Part shown: piece by piece, positions 29,023 to 37,587 of the stretch
How the letters are laid out: the number at the start of each line of letters is the position of its first letter
How positions within the stretch are numbered: the first letter of the stretch is position 1
From: Bacteroidota bacterium
GTDB lineage: Bacteria > Bacteroidota > Bacteroidia > Flavobacteriales > Flavobacteriaceae
Direction of reading: 5' to 3'
NCBI GenBank assembly: GCA_039184365.1
Contig: JBCDBE010000002.1
Location: 20,571-84,570 of the forward strand
DNA: 64,000 nt
Made by a program: the position numbers and the translations under genes
The notes under the pieces: generated by a model
Seen by the model: only the letters and a program-made list of their open reading frames with translations
Database searches by the model: none
Told to the model about the DNA's origin: nothing

Positions 29023-30438
29023 TTAGAACTTGAATTCTAAGGTTGGCCCCGTATAAAATATGTTGTTGGATTCTCCCGATTCTTTTACAAAATCGCCCGC
29101 CACAAAATAGGTGGACCGCCATTCAAACTCTATATTTCTATTGATCTGGTACAGTATTTTCATACCGATAGCACTTCCTATGTAAGCACTGGACCCGCTG
29201 GTAGCCTCACGGATTTGAAAACGCGGGGGTGTATACAAGCCGTCTTCTTTCGAGGACCGGAAGAAAAAGGCATAATCCACATAAATAGAAAAGCCTTCAA
29301 AAGGGTAGATCTTAAAGTTGGGGTGGAGGCCATTTAGGTTGACCGGGGTATTTACCGCGGCCAAACTGTATAGGGCAGGATTGACAAACAACGGATTATA
29401 GGTTTGTAATGTATCATCTCCTCTGTCCCTGTCGCCGGAAGAATAATCAAACTTTAACCCAAACGTGGTTTTCCAGGGCTTGTTGATTAGAATATACTTG
29501 TAATCGAATTCAAAGTTAAAAGCACGTATGTTGGCATCTCCCAATTCTCCAAACTGGTAGACCAGTTCCGTATTGAACACCATGCGTTTCCCCAAAGTTC
29601 CGTAACGCCGTATGCCTATGGAATGCCGGGTTTCTTCACCACTTAGATCGCTGAAACTGGCAAAATCCGTGTGGAACCCCAAATAGTACACTTCCGTTTT
29701 CCCAAGGATTTTACCCAACTTTACATCTGCCACCGCACCCCACATGGTTGGATTGGAAGCCGCGTCATCAAACAAGTTAAATTCATTATCAAAAGCATCA
29801 AATTGCGGTTGCACTTCACTCCCATAAAATACCTGGATAGAACTTTGATCAAACCTGTAATCGGTCTTGATCAAATCAAAACTCCTTCGGATGTTGGGGC
29901 CATCCCTTCGATCTACCAACCTTCCCGCTCCAAAGGTCAATTGCTTTCTCCCGAAAGTGAAGACAAAAGCATTCTCTTTTTGTGGAATCGTAAATTCGGC
30001 AAAGGCCTGATGAAGATCCAATTGATCATCTTCTAATGTTCTATCCATACCTCCGCTGGTAAAACCATGATACAGTTCGGCATATAAACGGATATTTTTA
30101 CCAAAATGCACAGCGGAATTCAAATTCAGGCGTTGGGAATAATAACTATCATCTTCTTCGGTATAGTCTTCGTTGATGGTACTTTCAAAACGAGGTCGGT
30201 AGGCCCCGCCCAGGGTGAGGTAGATGGTTTTACTTTTGTTGAAGGGAATGAATTTTAGTCCTTGGGCAAACATCCGTTCATATTCCTTGGCTGTCTCCTC
30301 ATTTTGCAGATAGCTATAGTTTTCATCGGCGCTATCATTCATAAACTCCGGAGGTTCTTTCTGCTCCTCTTCTTGGGCCTGTATCCCAAGGACAATACAT
30401 AGAGAAAAAAGGAGGGAAAAGCGTTTCGGGTTTCTCAT
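29023..30438 (-). CDS. alginate-export (AlgE)-family outer-membrane porin
   Basis: Signal peptide, LKFIP, LDLHQAF, GRKQLTFGAGRLVDRRDGPNIRRSFD, SSGD motif and C-terminal F. Start set at ATG 30438. Confidence 0.85.
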   Translation of the reverse strand: MRNPKRFSLLFSLCIVLGIQAQEEEQKEPPEFMNDSADENYSYLQNEETAKEYERMFAQGLKFIPFNKSKTIYLTLGGAYRPRFESTINEDYTEEDDSYYSQRLNLNSAVHFGKNIRLYAELYHGFTSGGMDRTLEDDQLDLHQAFAEFTIPQKENAFVFTFGRKQLTFGAGRLVDRRDGPNIRRSFDLIKTDYRFDQSSIQVFYGSEVQPQFDAFDNEFNLFDDAASNPTMWGAVADVKLGKILGKTEVYYLGFHTDFASFSDLSGEETRHSIGIRRYGTLGKRMVFNTELVYQFGELGDANIRAFNFEFDYKYILINKPWKTTFGLKFDYSSGDRDRGDDTLQTYNPLFVNPALYSLAAVNTPVNLNGLHPNFKIYPFEGFSIYVDYAFFFRSSKEDGLYTPPRFQIREATSGSSAYIGSAIGMKILYQINRNIEFEWRSTYFVAGDFVKESGESNNIFYTGPTLEFKF

Positions 30439-30496
30439 TCTCAAAGCTTCGGTTGGTTAACTTTACATTACCACCCAAGTTAGCCTAAGCACCCAT

Positions 30497-30520
30497 CCTG
30501 TGCATTAATCCAAATTAAGA
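30497..30520 (-). promoter_or_regulatory. putative Crp/Fnr-family binding site upstream of the porin operon
   Basis: TTAAT-N4-ATTAA dyad at 30505-30518, about 22 bp upstream of a -7-like TAACTTGG. Near-identical copy at 31054-31077. Confidence 0.65.
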
Positions 30521-30557
30521 CGTTATAGATTCTACAATTTCTTCACGTTTTGTGTTT

Positions 30558-31016
30558 TCATTTTTTTCGCTTTGCCTTGCTTAGTGCCTCGGGAGTAACT
30601 CCCAAATACGAGGCAATCATCCTTTGTGGAATGCGACTTACAATTTGGGGGTAGGTGGCCACAAAATGTTGGTAGCGATCCAAGATAGATCCCCCCATAA
30701 GCATAATGACACGCTTTTGAAGGCCATCGATACGATGGATCATCTCCGGCATATTCTGATGGCTATTAAAAAAATTCTTATCCAAAACACTAACCAAGGA
30801 GTCTTCCAAGGCATCAATGAATAAATCTGCCGGAACATTTGGGGGAATATGATCTACCATGATAGTACCTTCGGGGGCGAATAAGAAAATGTGCTCTTTT
30901 CCCTTCCTGTCAAGGGAATAACTGCGTAGCAACCCAGAATTTACTCGATATATCTTGGAATTTAATTCTCCCGGACGCTGCAGGATTTCTCCTTTTTTTA
31001 GGGTTATGGTGCTCAT
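30558..31016 (-). CDS. Crp/Fnr-family transcriptional regulator (short)
   Basis: KKGEIL, GLLRSY, GKEHI cNMP-fold segments and HTH IASYLGVTPEALS. Confidence 0.9.
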   Translation of the reverse strand: MSTITLKKGEILQRPGELNSKIYRVNSGLLRSYSLDRKGKEHIFLFAPEGTIMVDHIPPNVPADLFIDALEDSLVSVLDKNFFNSHQNMPEMIHRIDGLQKRVIMLMGGSILDRYQHFVATYPQIVSRIPQRMIASYLGVTPEALSKAKRKK

Positions 31017-31053
31017 TAAATAAAATAAGCGCTAAAGTAAATTGCAAGTAGTC

Positions 31054-31077
31054 CCTGCGCATTAATTAAAATTAAGA
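31054..31077 (-). promoter_or_regulatory. second putative Crp/Fnr-family binding site, between the two regulator genes
   Basis: TTAAT-N4-ATTAA at 31062-31075, with flanks matching the 30497 copy (cctgNgcattaatNNaaattaaga). Confidence 0.65.
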
Positions 31078-31080
31078 AAG

Positions 31081-31557
31081 CTATTGCCGGGTTTGCAGGT
31101 ACTGACCTTTTGATTTGCTTAGGGCCTCAGGAGTGACACCAAGATAGGAAGCAATCATTTTTTGTGGTACGCGATTTACAATTTGCGGATACGTGGTTAG
31201 AAAGTGATGAAAGCGATCAATGATCGAAGAACTCATCAACATCACCACCCGCTTTTGTAACAAGCCCATCTGGCGCGCCATTTTATGAGCCTCTCTCCTG
31301 GCCGTTTTCAGATTCTTTTCACGAACTACGGCTGTAGTGTCTTCTAAGGCATCGATATATAATTCAGCCGGAAGATCCGATGGTAAATGATCGGTCATTA
31401 CTGCTCCCTCCGCAGCAAAAAGAAAAATATGCTCTTTCCCTTTTTCATCTAGGAGATAACTGCGAAGCAGCCCGGTTTTCACCAGGAACACTTTGGTATC
31501 CTTGTCGCCAGGTCGCTGTAAAATAGCCCCTTTTTTAACCGTAATCTTTTTAACCAT
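31081..31557 (-). CDS. Crp/Fnr-family transcriptional regulator (short), paralog of 30558-31016
   Basis: Same motifs, identical HTH core MIASYLGVTPEALSK. Confidence 0.9.
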   Translation of the reverse strand: MVKKITVKKGAILQRPGDKDTKVFLVKTGLLRSYLLDEKGKEHIFLFAAEGAVMTDHLPSDLPAELYIDALEDTTAVVREKNLKTARREAHKMARQMGLLQKRVVMLMSSSIIDRFHHFLTTYPQIVNRVPQKMIASYLGVTPEALSKSKGQYLQTRQ

Positions 31558-31601
31558 CGCCAGTATTACCGCTAATTTTCTTAAGGTACATAAAAAAGCT
31601 G

Positions 31602-32270
31602 TTAGCCCGAGGAGGAATGCCGAATATACTTTTCTACGACCACCGCTGTAAGGATAACAAGATAAAACTGTCCCATTAGTCCAACGAGCATGGACGCCTT
31701 CTGAGCTATGGGAATAACCGGCACAATTTCGCCATATCCGATCGTCAATAAGGTGATGTAGGCATAATACAGCATCCCTTCACTAAAAAGCACCATATCG
31801 TCCGTATTCAACAAAATACCCTTAAAGGCCCCTGGATGGGTCAACGCAATGGACATAAATAAAAAAAAGGCTAAAAATCCCAAAGAGATATACCCACTCA
31901 TCAACCCCAATATAACATTCTTACTTACCTGGGTGGCTTGCCATACCTGTTTGACAATCTGCCAGGTAACCACAATATTAAAGATAAAAAAAACGGTAAG
32001 TCGCATCAAGACTCCCGTCTCGGATTCCTGCCTGTTGATCATCGAACTTCCGAATATAAAAGTAGCCAGCACAAAAAGCAATATAAAAAACCATGTCATC
32101 CACTTCTTTTTTGAGATGATCAAAATTCCGGCCAATATACTTGCCAGATAGAATAGGGGAAGCAAAGCAAACTCATATAGGTTGGGGGGTACCAACAAGG
32201 ATCCGAACAGGATAGCCAGTTGGATTACCAAAAAGATTTCAAAACGAAGTTGATATAACTTGTCAAACAT
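31602..32270 (-). CDS. potassium channel family protein (Ion_trans_2 pore)
   Basis: Selectivity filter TLLTIGYGEI and several N-terminal TM helices. No cytoplasmic gating domain. Confidence 0.88.
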   Translation of the reverse strand: MFDKLYQLRFEIFLVIQLAILFGSLLVPPNLYEFALLPLFYLASILAGILIISKKKWMTWFFILLFVLATFIFGSSMINRQESETGVLMRLTVFFIFNIVVTWQIVKQVWQATQVSKNVILGLMSGYISLGFLAFFLFMSIALTHPGAFKGILLNTDDMVLFSEGMLYYAYITLLTIGYGEIVPVIPIAQKASMLVGLMGQFYLVILTAVVVEKYIRHSSSG

Positions 32271-33348
32271 TGGTCGTTACCGTATGAATATTCACTTTTT
32301 TCTGCTTTCCTTTCAATAGCACATCGCCAAGATGCCTGGACACAAAAAAATTATCCGTATTTAAATCGTTCAATAACTTTTCCGAAATGATAATCGGAAC
32401 TTCATGTTTGTTGCATTCCGCCTGTATTCGAGCTGAAGTATTTATGACATCGCCATGATAGGCCACTTCTTTTTTTACCACTCCAACTTCAGCAACCATA
32501 AGTACACCTCCATGCAAACCTGCTTTAAAGATAGGTGAAGTACCATATTTATCAATGTAGTACTTTTTTTTCTCCAAAAGCTTCTGTTGGAATGCGAAAA
32601 AGAGTTTGACACAGTTGTTATTGGACAACCCCTTTTGATAAGGCCAGCTCAACACAGCTTCATCCCCTACATACTGATAGATTTCGGCATCGTATTCAGG
32701 AACAACTTCATTCAAATCGTAGAAGCAGTCTTGAATCAACTGGCTGTACCTCAAATGTCCTAATTCTTCGGCAATTGCGGTCGATGATTTAAGGTCCAAA
32801 AACATAAAAATACGCTTCTCTTCTTTAGGTTCCCTGTACTTGCCGAAAAGCATTTTTACAAATACCCCTTTCCCAAACTTGTCATTGGCGATTTGCACAA
32901 AGGAAAAAATCAAGGCAGAAAAAATAATGTAGATAACTATGGCCCAAAAGGTTTTATCATATATCCACCACCCTCTATCATTGTCTATACCCAAATCATA
33001 GAATGTATTCGTTATTTCAATAACCAAGGTTGAAAGGATGATAATTGAAATAAGATATATTACGAAAGTAATAAGTAAAGTAAGTCCGATGGATATTCTT
33101 TTTGATAGGTATCTATCCAAAAGAAATTCTACAATGGCGCTTACCAAACCAATTAATAGACCAAAAAGTAAGAACATGGACAACGCACGGGAAAAGCCGT
33201 ATTGAGTAGATACAACTATCCCTTCTTCTTCTGAGAGGCCGTAATATCTGAAAATGGAAAAAAGCACCATCGCCATCGTCCAATACACTACAGATTGCCC
33301 TAGCAGTTTAAGAAATTGTTGTGCGTTTCGTCCTTGTTCCTTCATCAC
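32263..33348 (-). CDS. membrane-bound class III nucleotidyl (adenylate/guanylate-type) cyclase
   Basis: Four N-terminal TM segments, FMFLDLKSST, QYVGDE, KAGLHGG and HGDVINTSARIQ motifs. Confidence 0.9.
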   Translation of the reverse strand: MMKEQGRNAQQFLKLLGQSVVYWTMAMVLFSIFRYYGLSEEEGIVVSTQYGFSRALSMFLLFGLLIGLVSAIVEFLLDRYLSKRISIGLTLLITFVIYLISIIILSTLVIEITNTFYDLGIDNDRGWWIYDKTFWAIVIYIIFSALIFSFVQIANDKFGKGVFVKMLFGKYREPKEEKRIFMFLDLKSSTAIAEELGHLRYSQLIQDCFYDLNEVVPEYDAEIYQYVGDEAVLSWPYQKGLSNNNCVKLFFAFQQKLLEKKKYYIDKYGTSPIFKAGLHGGVLMVAEVGVVKKEVAYHGDVINTSARIQAECNKHEVPIIISEKLLNDLNTDNFFVSRHLGDVLLKGKQKKVNIHTVTTNV

Positions 33349-36300
33349 TACGCATCCAATAGCGCTTCATCAAATTCGTACCCTTTGTAATTAACCTTAA
33401 AGAGTGCACTATACAGCGAAGGAATAAAGAGCAGGGTAATCACGGTTCCAAACAACAGGCCGATCATAATACTAACAGCCATACCTTCCCACATTTCACC
33501 TCCGGAAAGATACAACGGAACCAAGCCTAAAATCGTGGTAAATGTAGATAATAATATTGGTCGAAACCGCTGTAAACAAGCCGCTATAACCGAATCCTGA
33601 TCCGTTCGACCGGAAGTCAATTCTACCTCCATACGATCGATGAGCACAATGGCATTGTTAATTACGATACCGGCCAAGGAGATAACACCCAGAAAAGGCA
33701 TAAAGCCAAAAGCTTCCTGGAAAACCAGTAAACCAACAACCACGCCGATGATACCTAGTGGGATAGTCAGCACCACCATAGCCATTTTTCGAACGGAATT
33801 GAACTGAATGATAAGCAACAAGAGGATAATGAAACCAGAAATGGGAAGATACCCAATAATGGGACCCATATTTTCTGCGGTTTGTTCAGCATCACCTCCC
33901 AGCGTATAGGTGTACCCCTCCGGCCAAACCCCGTTCACTTGTTCCTCCAGCCAGGGCGTTACCACAGACATGATGGATGAGGCATTCCCACCATCCCGTA
34001 ATTCGCTACTGACATTTATGGTTCTTTTGATATCAAGTCTTTTGATCTTGGCGTATTGCCATTTTGGGACTATGGAGGCCACTTGCAATAGCGGAACACT
34101 TTTCCCACTACTTTGCGAATACACATTTAAGGTCTCCAAAGAAGCCAGTGTTTGTTGTTGGCTGTCCCCACTTCGCATTAGAATGGGAATGGATTTGTTA
34201 TCCTCCCTATATTCCCCGGTTTGAAAACCGTCCAAGACGGTCTGCAAGGAGGTGGCAATATCCGAACTGGTAATCCCAGCATTTTGAGCGCGGTTTTGAT
34301 CAATCTCAATCAAAAACTTTTTACTCTTTGGTCCCCAATCGTCTTTTACATTTTTGGTAAATGCCACTCCAGACAACTTTTGCTTCACACTTTCGGCTAT
34401 GCTGGCCAATTCGTCCGGTTCCGGTCCGGACACCTTAATTTCTATGGGGGTTCCTCCTCCTCCAGAAGCTAATAGTCCTACTTTTATATCCGCATTAGGA
34501 AAATTTTGAAAAGCATAAGCATCCAAACGTCTTACCATCTCTACGTTCTCTTCAAATGTGGTAGTGTTCACGAGAATATGGGCGTAATTGGAATTGGCTT
34601 CATCCGGTGAATATCCCAAATCATAAGACTCCGGACCTTCCCCAATGTAGGATGACCAACTTACAATACCCTTTTCGCGATCTGCATTTACTTTAAGGGA
34701 GTCCGCCATAAAACCCTCTACCTGTCGCACTACTTCGGTAGTGCGTTCAATCTTATTCCCCTCTGGCAGATTAATGTCGATGGTAATCATATTGCGATCG
34801 CTATCCGGGAAAAAGATGAAGGGAATGTATCCAAAGCCGAACAGCGAAAGAAAGAAAGCCACGAAGATGCCTATGATCACTTTATATTTATGGCGCAGGG
34901 CCAATAATATCAGGTCTTTGTAGTACCGTTTTGCTGAGTTGATAACGCGATCGACAAGACTTGGTTTCTTTTCCCCTTTAGGCGCCACCTTGAGAAACAT
35001 AAAGCAGAACATAGTGATTACCGTGAGCGCGATTAACCAAGATGACATCAATGCAATGGTTATCACAACGAAAATGGGGCCCACAATATCACCCATTGTG
35101 GTTGGTGAAAGATAAAAGGCCAGGAATGCAGCGGAAGTCGTTAAGGTTGAAATCAATAACGGCATCCAAAGCTCGGAAAAGGCTTCAATAGCGGCCTGGT
35201 ACTTTTCCATGCCCTGCTCCAGTTTAACCATGATGGTCTCGGCCACTACAATGGCGTTGTCCACTAACATTCCCAATGCCATAATGAGGGCGGCAAGGGT
35301 TACCTGATTAAGCCCCATATTAATAACGCCCATGAGCATCAGGGTCATAATGGTTACTATGGGGATCAAACTTGCAATTACAAAACCGGTACGGAAGCCC
35401 AGGAACACCAACATCACCAACAGTACAATGGAAATGGATTGCAAGAGGTTCACCATAAAGTCGCTCACCTTAAGATCAATATAGCTATCTAAAGAAGACA
35501 CCCGTGTCAATTCCAAACCAACTGGAAGACGATTTTGCCATTGGCCTACCACTTCATCTACCGCTTCGCCCAAGTAAACAATATTTCTGTCTTCCTTAAG
35601 GTTGACATGCATACTGATCGCTTCCTTTCCGTCAACACTTACAATTTGCTTTGGAGGATCGATATATCCTTTATTAACTGTTGTAATGTCGCCCAACTTC
35701 ACCAGTTGAGATCCGTTACCAACGGCAATCAGCATGTTTCGGATATCCTCAACGGAATTGAAATTACCGGTTGGTTCCAGGATGATGCGTTCATCACCAA
35801 CATTGACCTGACCTCCGGAACTCAAAATATTGGTAGCACCAATACTTTGTTGCAATTTGGAAGCCGATAACCCGTATTCTTTTAATCGGCTATTGTCGAA
35901 CTCCACAAAAACCCGTTCGTCCTGTACGCCCCCAAGTTCCACTTTGGCCGCATCGGGGAGTTTGATCAAATCATCTTTTATATCATCCGCATACTCCTTC
36001 ATTTCCGCATAACTGAATCCATCGGAGGTTAAACCCACAACAATTCCATATACATCGCCAATACCGTCATCATCTAGATTTGGAGTCACCCCGGACGGAA
36101 GATCTTGGATATCATTTAATTTTCGTCGCAAACGATCCCAAACGGATTGCAGGGTTTCCGGGGAAACCTCGTCTTTTAATTCAACTTTTACCACGGAAAG
36201 ACCTGTTCGAGAAGTGCTGCTTACCTCCTTCAGCTCGGGAAGCTCCTGCGCCACCTTTTCAACCTTGTCGGTTACCAATTGTTCTACCCGTTCCGGGCTA

Positions 36301-36461
36301 GCACCCGGAAACTGACTCACTATGGAAGCAATACGAACGGTGTAGGGAGGCATACTATCCTGGGACAGGTTGAAATACATATTTATCCCTAACAGGATAA
36401 TGGTTCCCAGCACCATAAAGGTGATACGGTTCTTATCTATCGAGAATTTTGCGAGATTCAT
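33348..36461 (-). CDS. RND efflux permease (AcrB/AcrD/AcrF family)
   Basis: 1037 aa with FPGASPERVE, LGMLVDNAIVV, GIVINNAIVLID and RFRPILLST motifs. Confidence 0.95.
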   Translation of the reverse strand: MNLAKFSIDKNRITFMVLGTIILLGINMYFNLSQDSMPPYTVRIASIVSQFPGASPERVEQLVTDKVEKVAQELPELKEVSSTSRTGLSVVKVELKDEVSPETLQSVWDRLRRKLNDIQDLPSGVTPNLDDDGIGDVYGIVVGLTSDGFSYAEMKEYADDIKDDLIKLPDAAKVELGGVQDERVFVEFDNSRLKEYGLSASKLQQSIGATNILSSGGQVNVGDERIILEPTGNFNSVEDIRNMLIAVGNGSQLVKLGDITTVNKGYIDPPKQIVSVDGKEAISMHVNLKEDRNIVYLGEAVDEVVGQWQNRLPVGLELTRVSSLDSYIDLKVSDFMVNLLQSISIVLLVMLVFLGFRTGFVIASLIPIVTIMTLMLMGVINMGLNQVTLAALIMALGMLVDNAIVVAETIMVKLEQGMEKYQAAIEAFSELWMPLLISTLTTSAAFLAFYLSPTTMGDIVGPIFVVITIALMSSWLIALTVITMFCFMFLKVAPKGEKKPSLVDRVINSAKRYYKDLILLALRHKYKVIIGIFVAFFLSLFGFGYIPFIFFPDSDRNMITIDINLPEGNKIERTTEVVRQVEGFMADSLKVNADREKGIVSWSSYIGEGPESYDLGYSPDEANSNYAHILVNTTTFEENVEMVRRLDAYAFQNFPNADIKVGLLASGGGGTPIEIKVSGPEPDELASIAESVKQKLSGVAFTKNVKDDWGPKSKKFLIEIDQNRAQNAGITSSDIATSLQTVLDGFQTGEYREDNKSIPILMRSGDSQQQTLASLETLNVYSQSSGKSVPLLQVASIVPKWQYAKIKRLDIKRTINVSSELRDGGNASSIMSVVTPWLEEQVNGVWPEGYTYTLGGDAEQTAENMGPIIGYLPISGFIILLLLIIQFNSVRKMAMVVLTIPLGIIGVVVGLLVFQEAFGFMPFLGVISLAGIVINNAIVLIDRMEVELTSGRTDQDSVIAACLQRFRPILLSTFTTILGLVPLYLSGGEMWEGMAVSIMIGLLFGTVITLLFIPSLYSALFKVNYKGYEFDEALLDA

Positions 36462-36481
36462 AGGCTTAGCAAGGGTGTTGA

Positions 36482-37567
36482 TTATTGTAGTTTTACTTCC
36501 TGGCCATCGAGCAAGGTCTGTAGTCCCGCCACTGCAATTTTTTGTCCGGCAGATAGCCCAGCACTCACCTCAAAGCCTTCGGCGGATAAATTCCCAACAG
36601 TGATAGGTTGCTTCTTTACGGTGGTTACTTCTCCCTGGTCCTGCACTAAAAACACAAAACGGCCATCACTATCTTCTCCAACGGCATGGGCAGGCACTAC
36701 AAGAACAGTATTATTTACTTTTTCCTCGCCAAAATCAAAGGTTACGTTCGCAGCCATCCCACTCTTAATGGCATCACTGGGATTGGTCACTACCACCCGT
36801 ACGGGGTAGGTAGCCGTGTTGGTATCAACGGCAGGAGACACCTCTGTCACTTTGCCCTGGAAGGTCTGATCCGTTAGGGCTGAAAAGGTGACCTCGACAT
36901 CCATATCCGCGCTAACCCCATTGATCACACTCTCCGGTAGGCCCAGCGAGATCTCCATATCCGTTCCCGAATTTAAGACACCAACGGTTTGTCCGGCCTG
37001 TACATTTTCATCTACCTCGGCAGATATTGAGGCTATCGTACCATCTTCCGGGGCATAAATGTACCCGTACTGGATCTGCTCTGCTTGAATATCTACTCCC
37101 CGCTTCGCGGATTCATAACTCTCTTCTGCCGTTTTAAAAGAGTTCTTAGCGGCTTCAAAATCGCTCAGGGAAGAACTCCCTTTCTCATACAACGCCCGCA
37201 CTCGGTTTAAGCTGAGTTTGGCCGTATTCATTTGGGAGGCAGCGCTGTTCAGTGACGTTATGGCTTGCTCATAGGACAAACGGGATGCCACATTATCCAA
37301 TCGGGCTAACAGTTGTCGCTTCTTTACTTTTTGCCCCAGTTTCATGTCAAATACCACAATAATACCGGAATTTCGAAAACTCAAATTCACAATTTTATCG
37401 GTTTCTGCAGTTCCGCTAAACGTACGCACCTTTTCCCCCCCCAGATATCCAACTTCCTGGAATTTCACGGGGCGTAATGTCGTTTCATCCTTTTTTTCCT
37501 CGGTACCACAGGATACCAAAAGCAGGGTAAATGCCAATAAAAGACCGAATCGTTGTATTATTTTCAT
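36482..37567 (-). CDS. RND periplasmic adaptor (MFP) lipoprotein
   Basis: Lipobox LVSC, lipoyl half-motifs, YAPEDG and KSGMAANV. Confidence 0.93.
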   Translation of the reverse strand: MKIIQRFGLLLAFTLLLVSCGTEEKKDETTLRPVKFQEVGYLGGEKVRTFSGTAETDKIVNLSFRNSGIIVVFDMKLGQKVKKRQLLARLDNVASRLSYEQAITSLNSAASQMNTAKLSLNRVRALYEKGSSSLSDFEAAKNSFKTAEESYESAKRGVDIQAEQIQYGYIYAPEDGTIASISAEVDENVQAGQTVGVLNSGTDMEISLGLPESVINGVSADMDVEVTFSALTDQTFQGKVTEVSPAVDTNTATYPVRVVVTNPSDAIKSGMAANVTFDFGEEKVNNTVLVVPAHAVGEDSDGRFVFLVQDQGEVTTVKKQPITVGNLSAEGFEVSAGLSAGQKIAVAGLQTLLDGQEVKLQ

Positions 37568-37587
37568 GTTCTAAGTGTTTTGGTCAA

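Noticed and set aside
29023-30438. Alginate biosynthesis/export locus
   Set aside because: No alg synthase, epimerase or lyase genes are nearby. The family name reflects the barrel fold only.
31602-33348. Cyclase plus membrane channel as a Pycsar/CBASS-like anti-phage system
   Set aside because: The cyclase is a TM-anchored type coupled to an efflux operon, the channel has no cNMP-binding domain, and no other defence genes are nearby. It is kept only as a signalling hypothesis.
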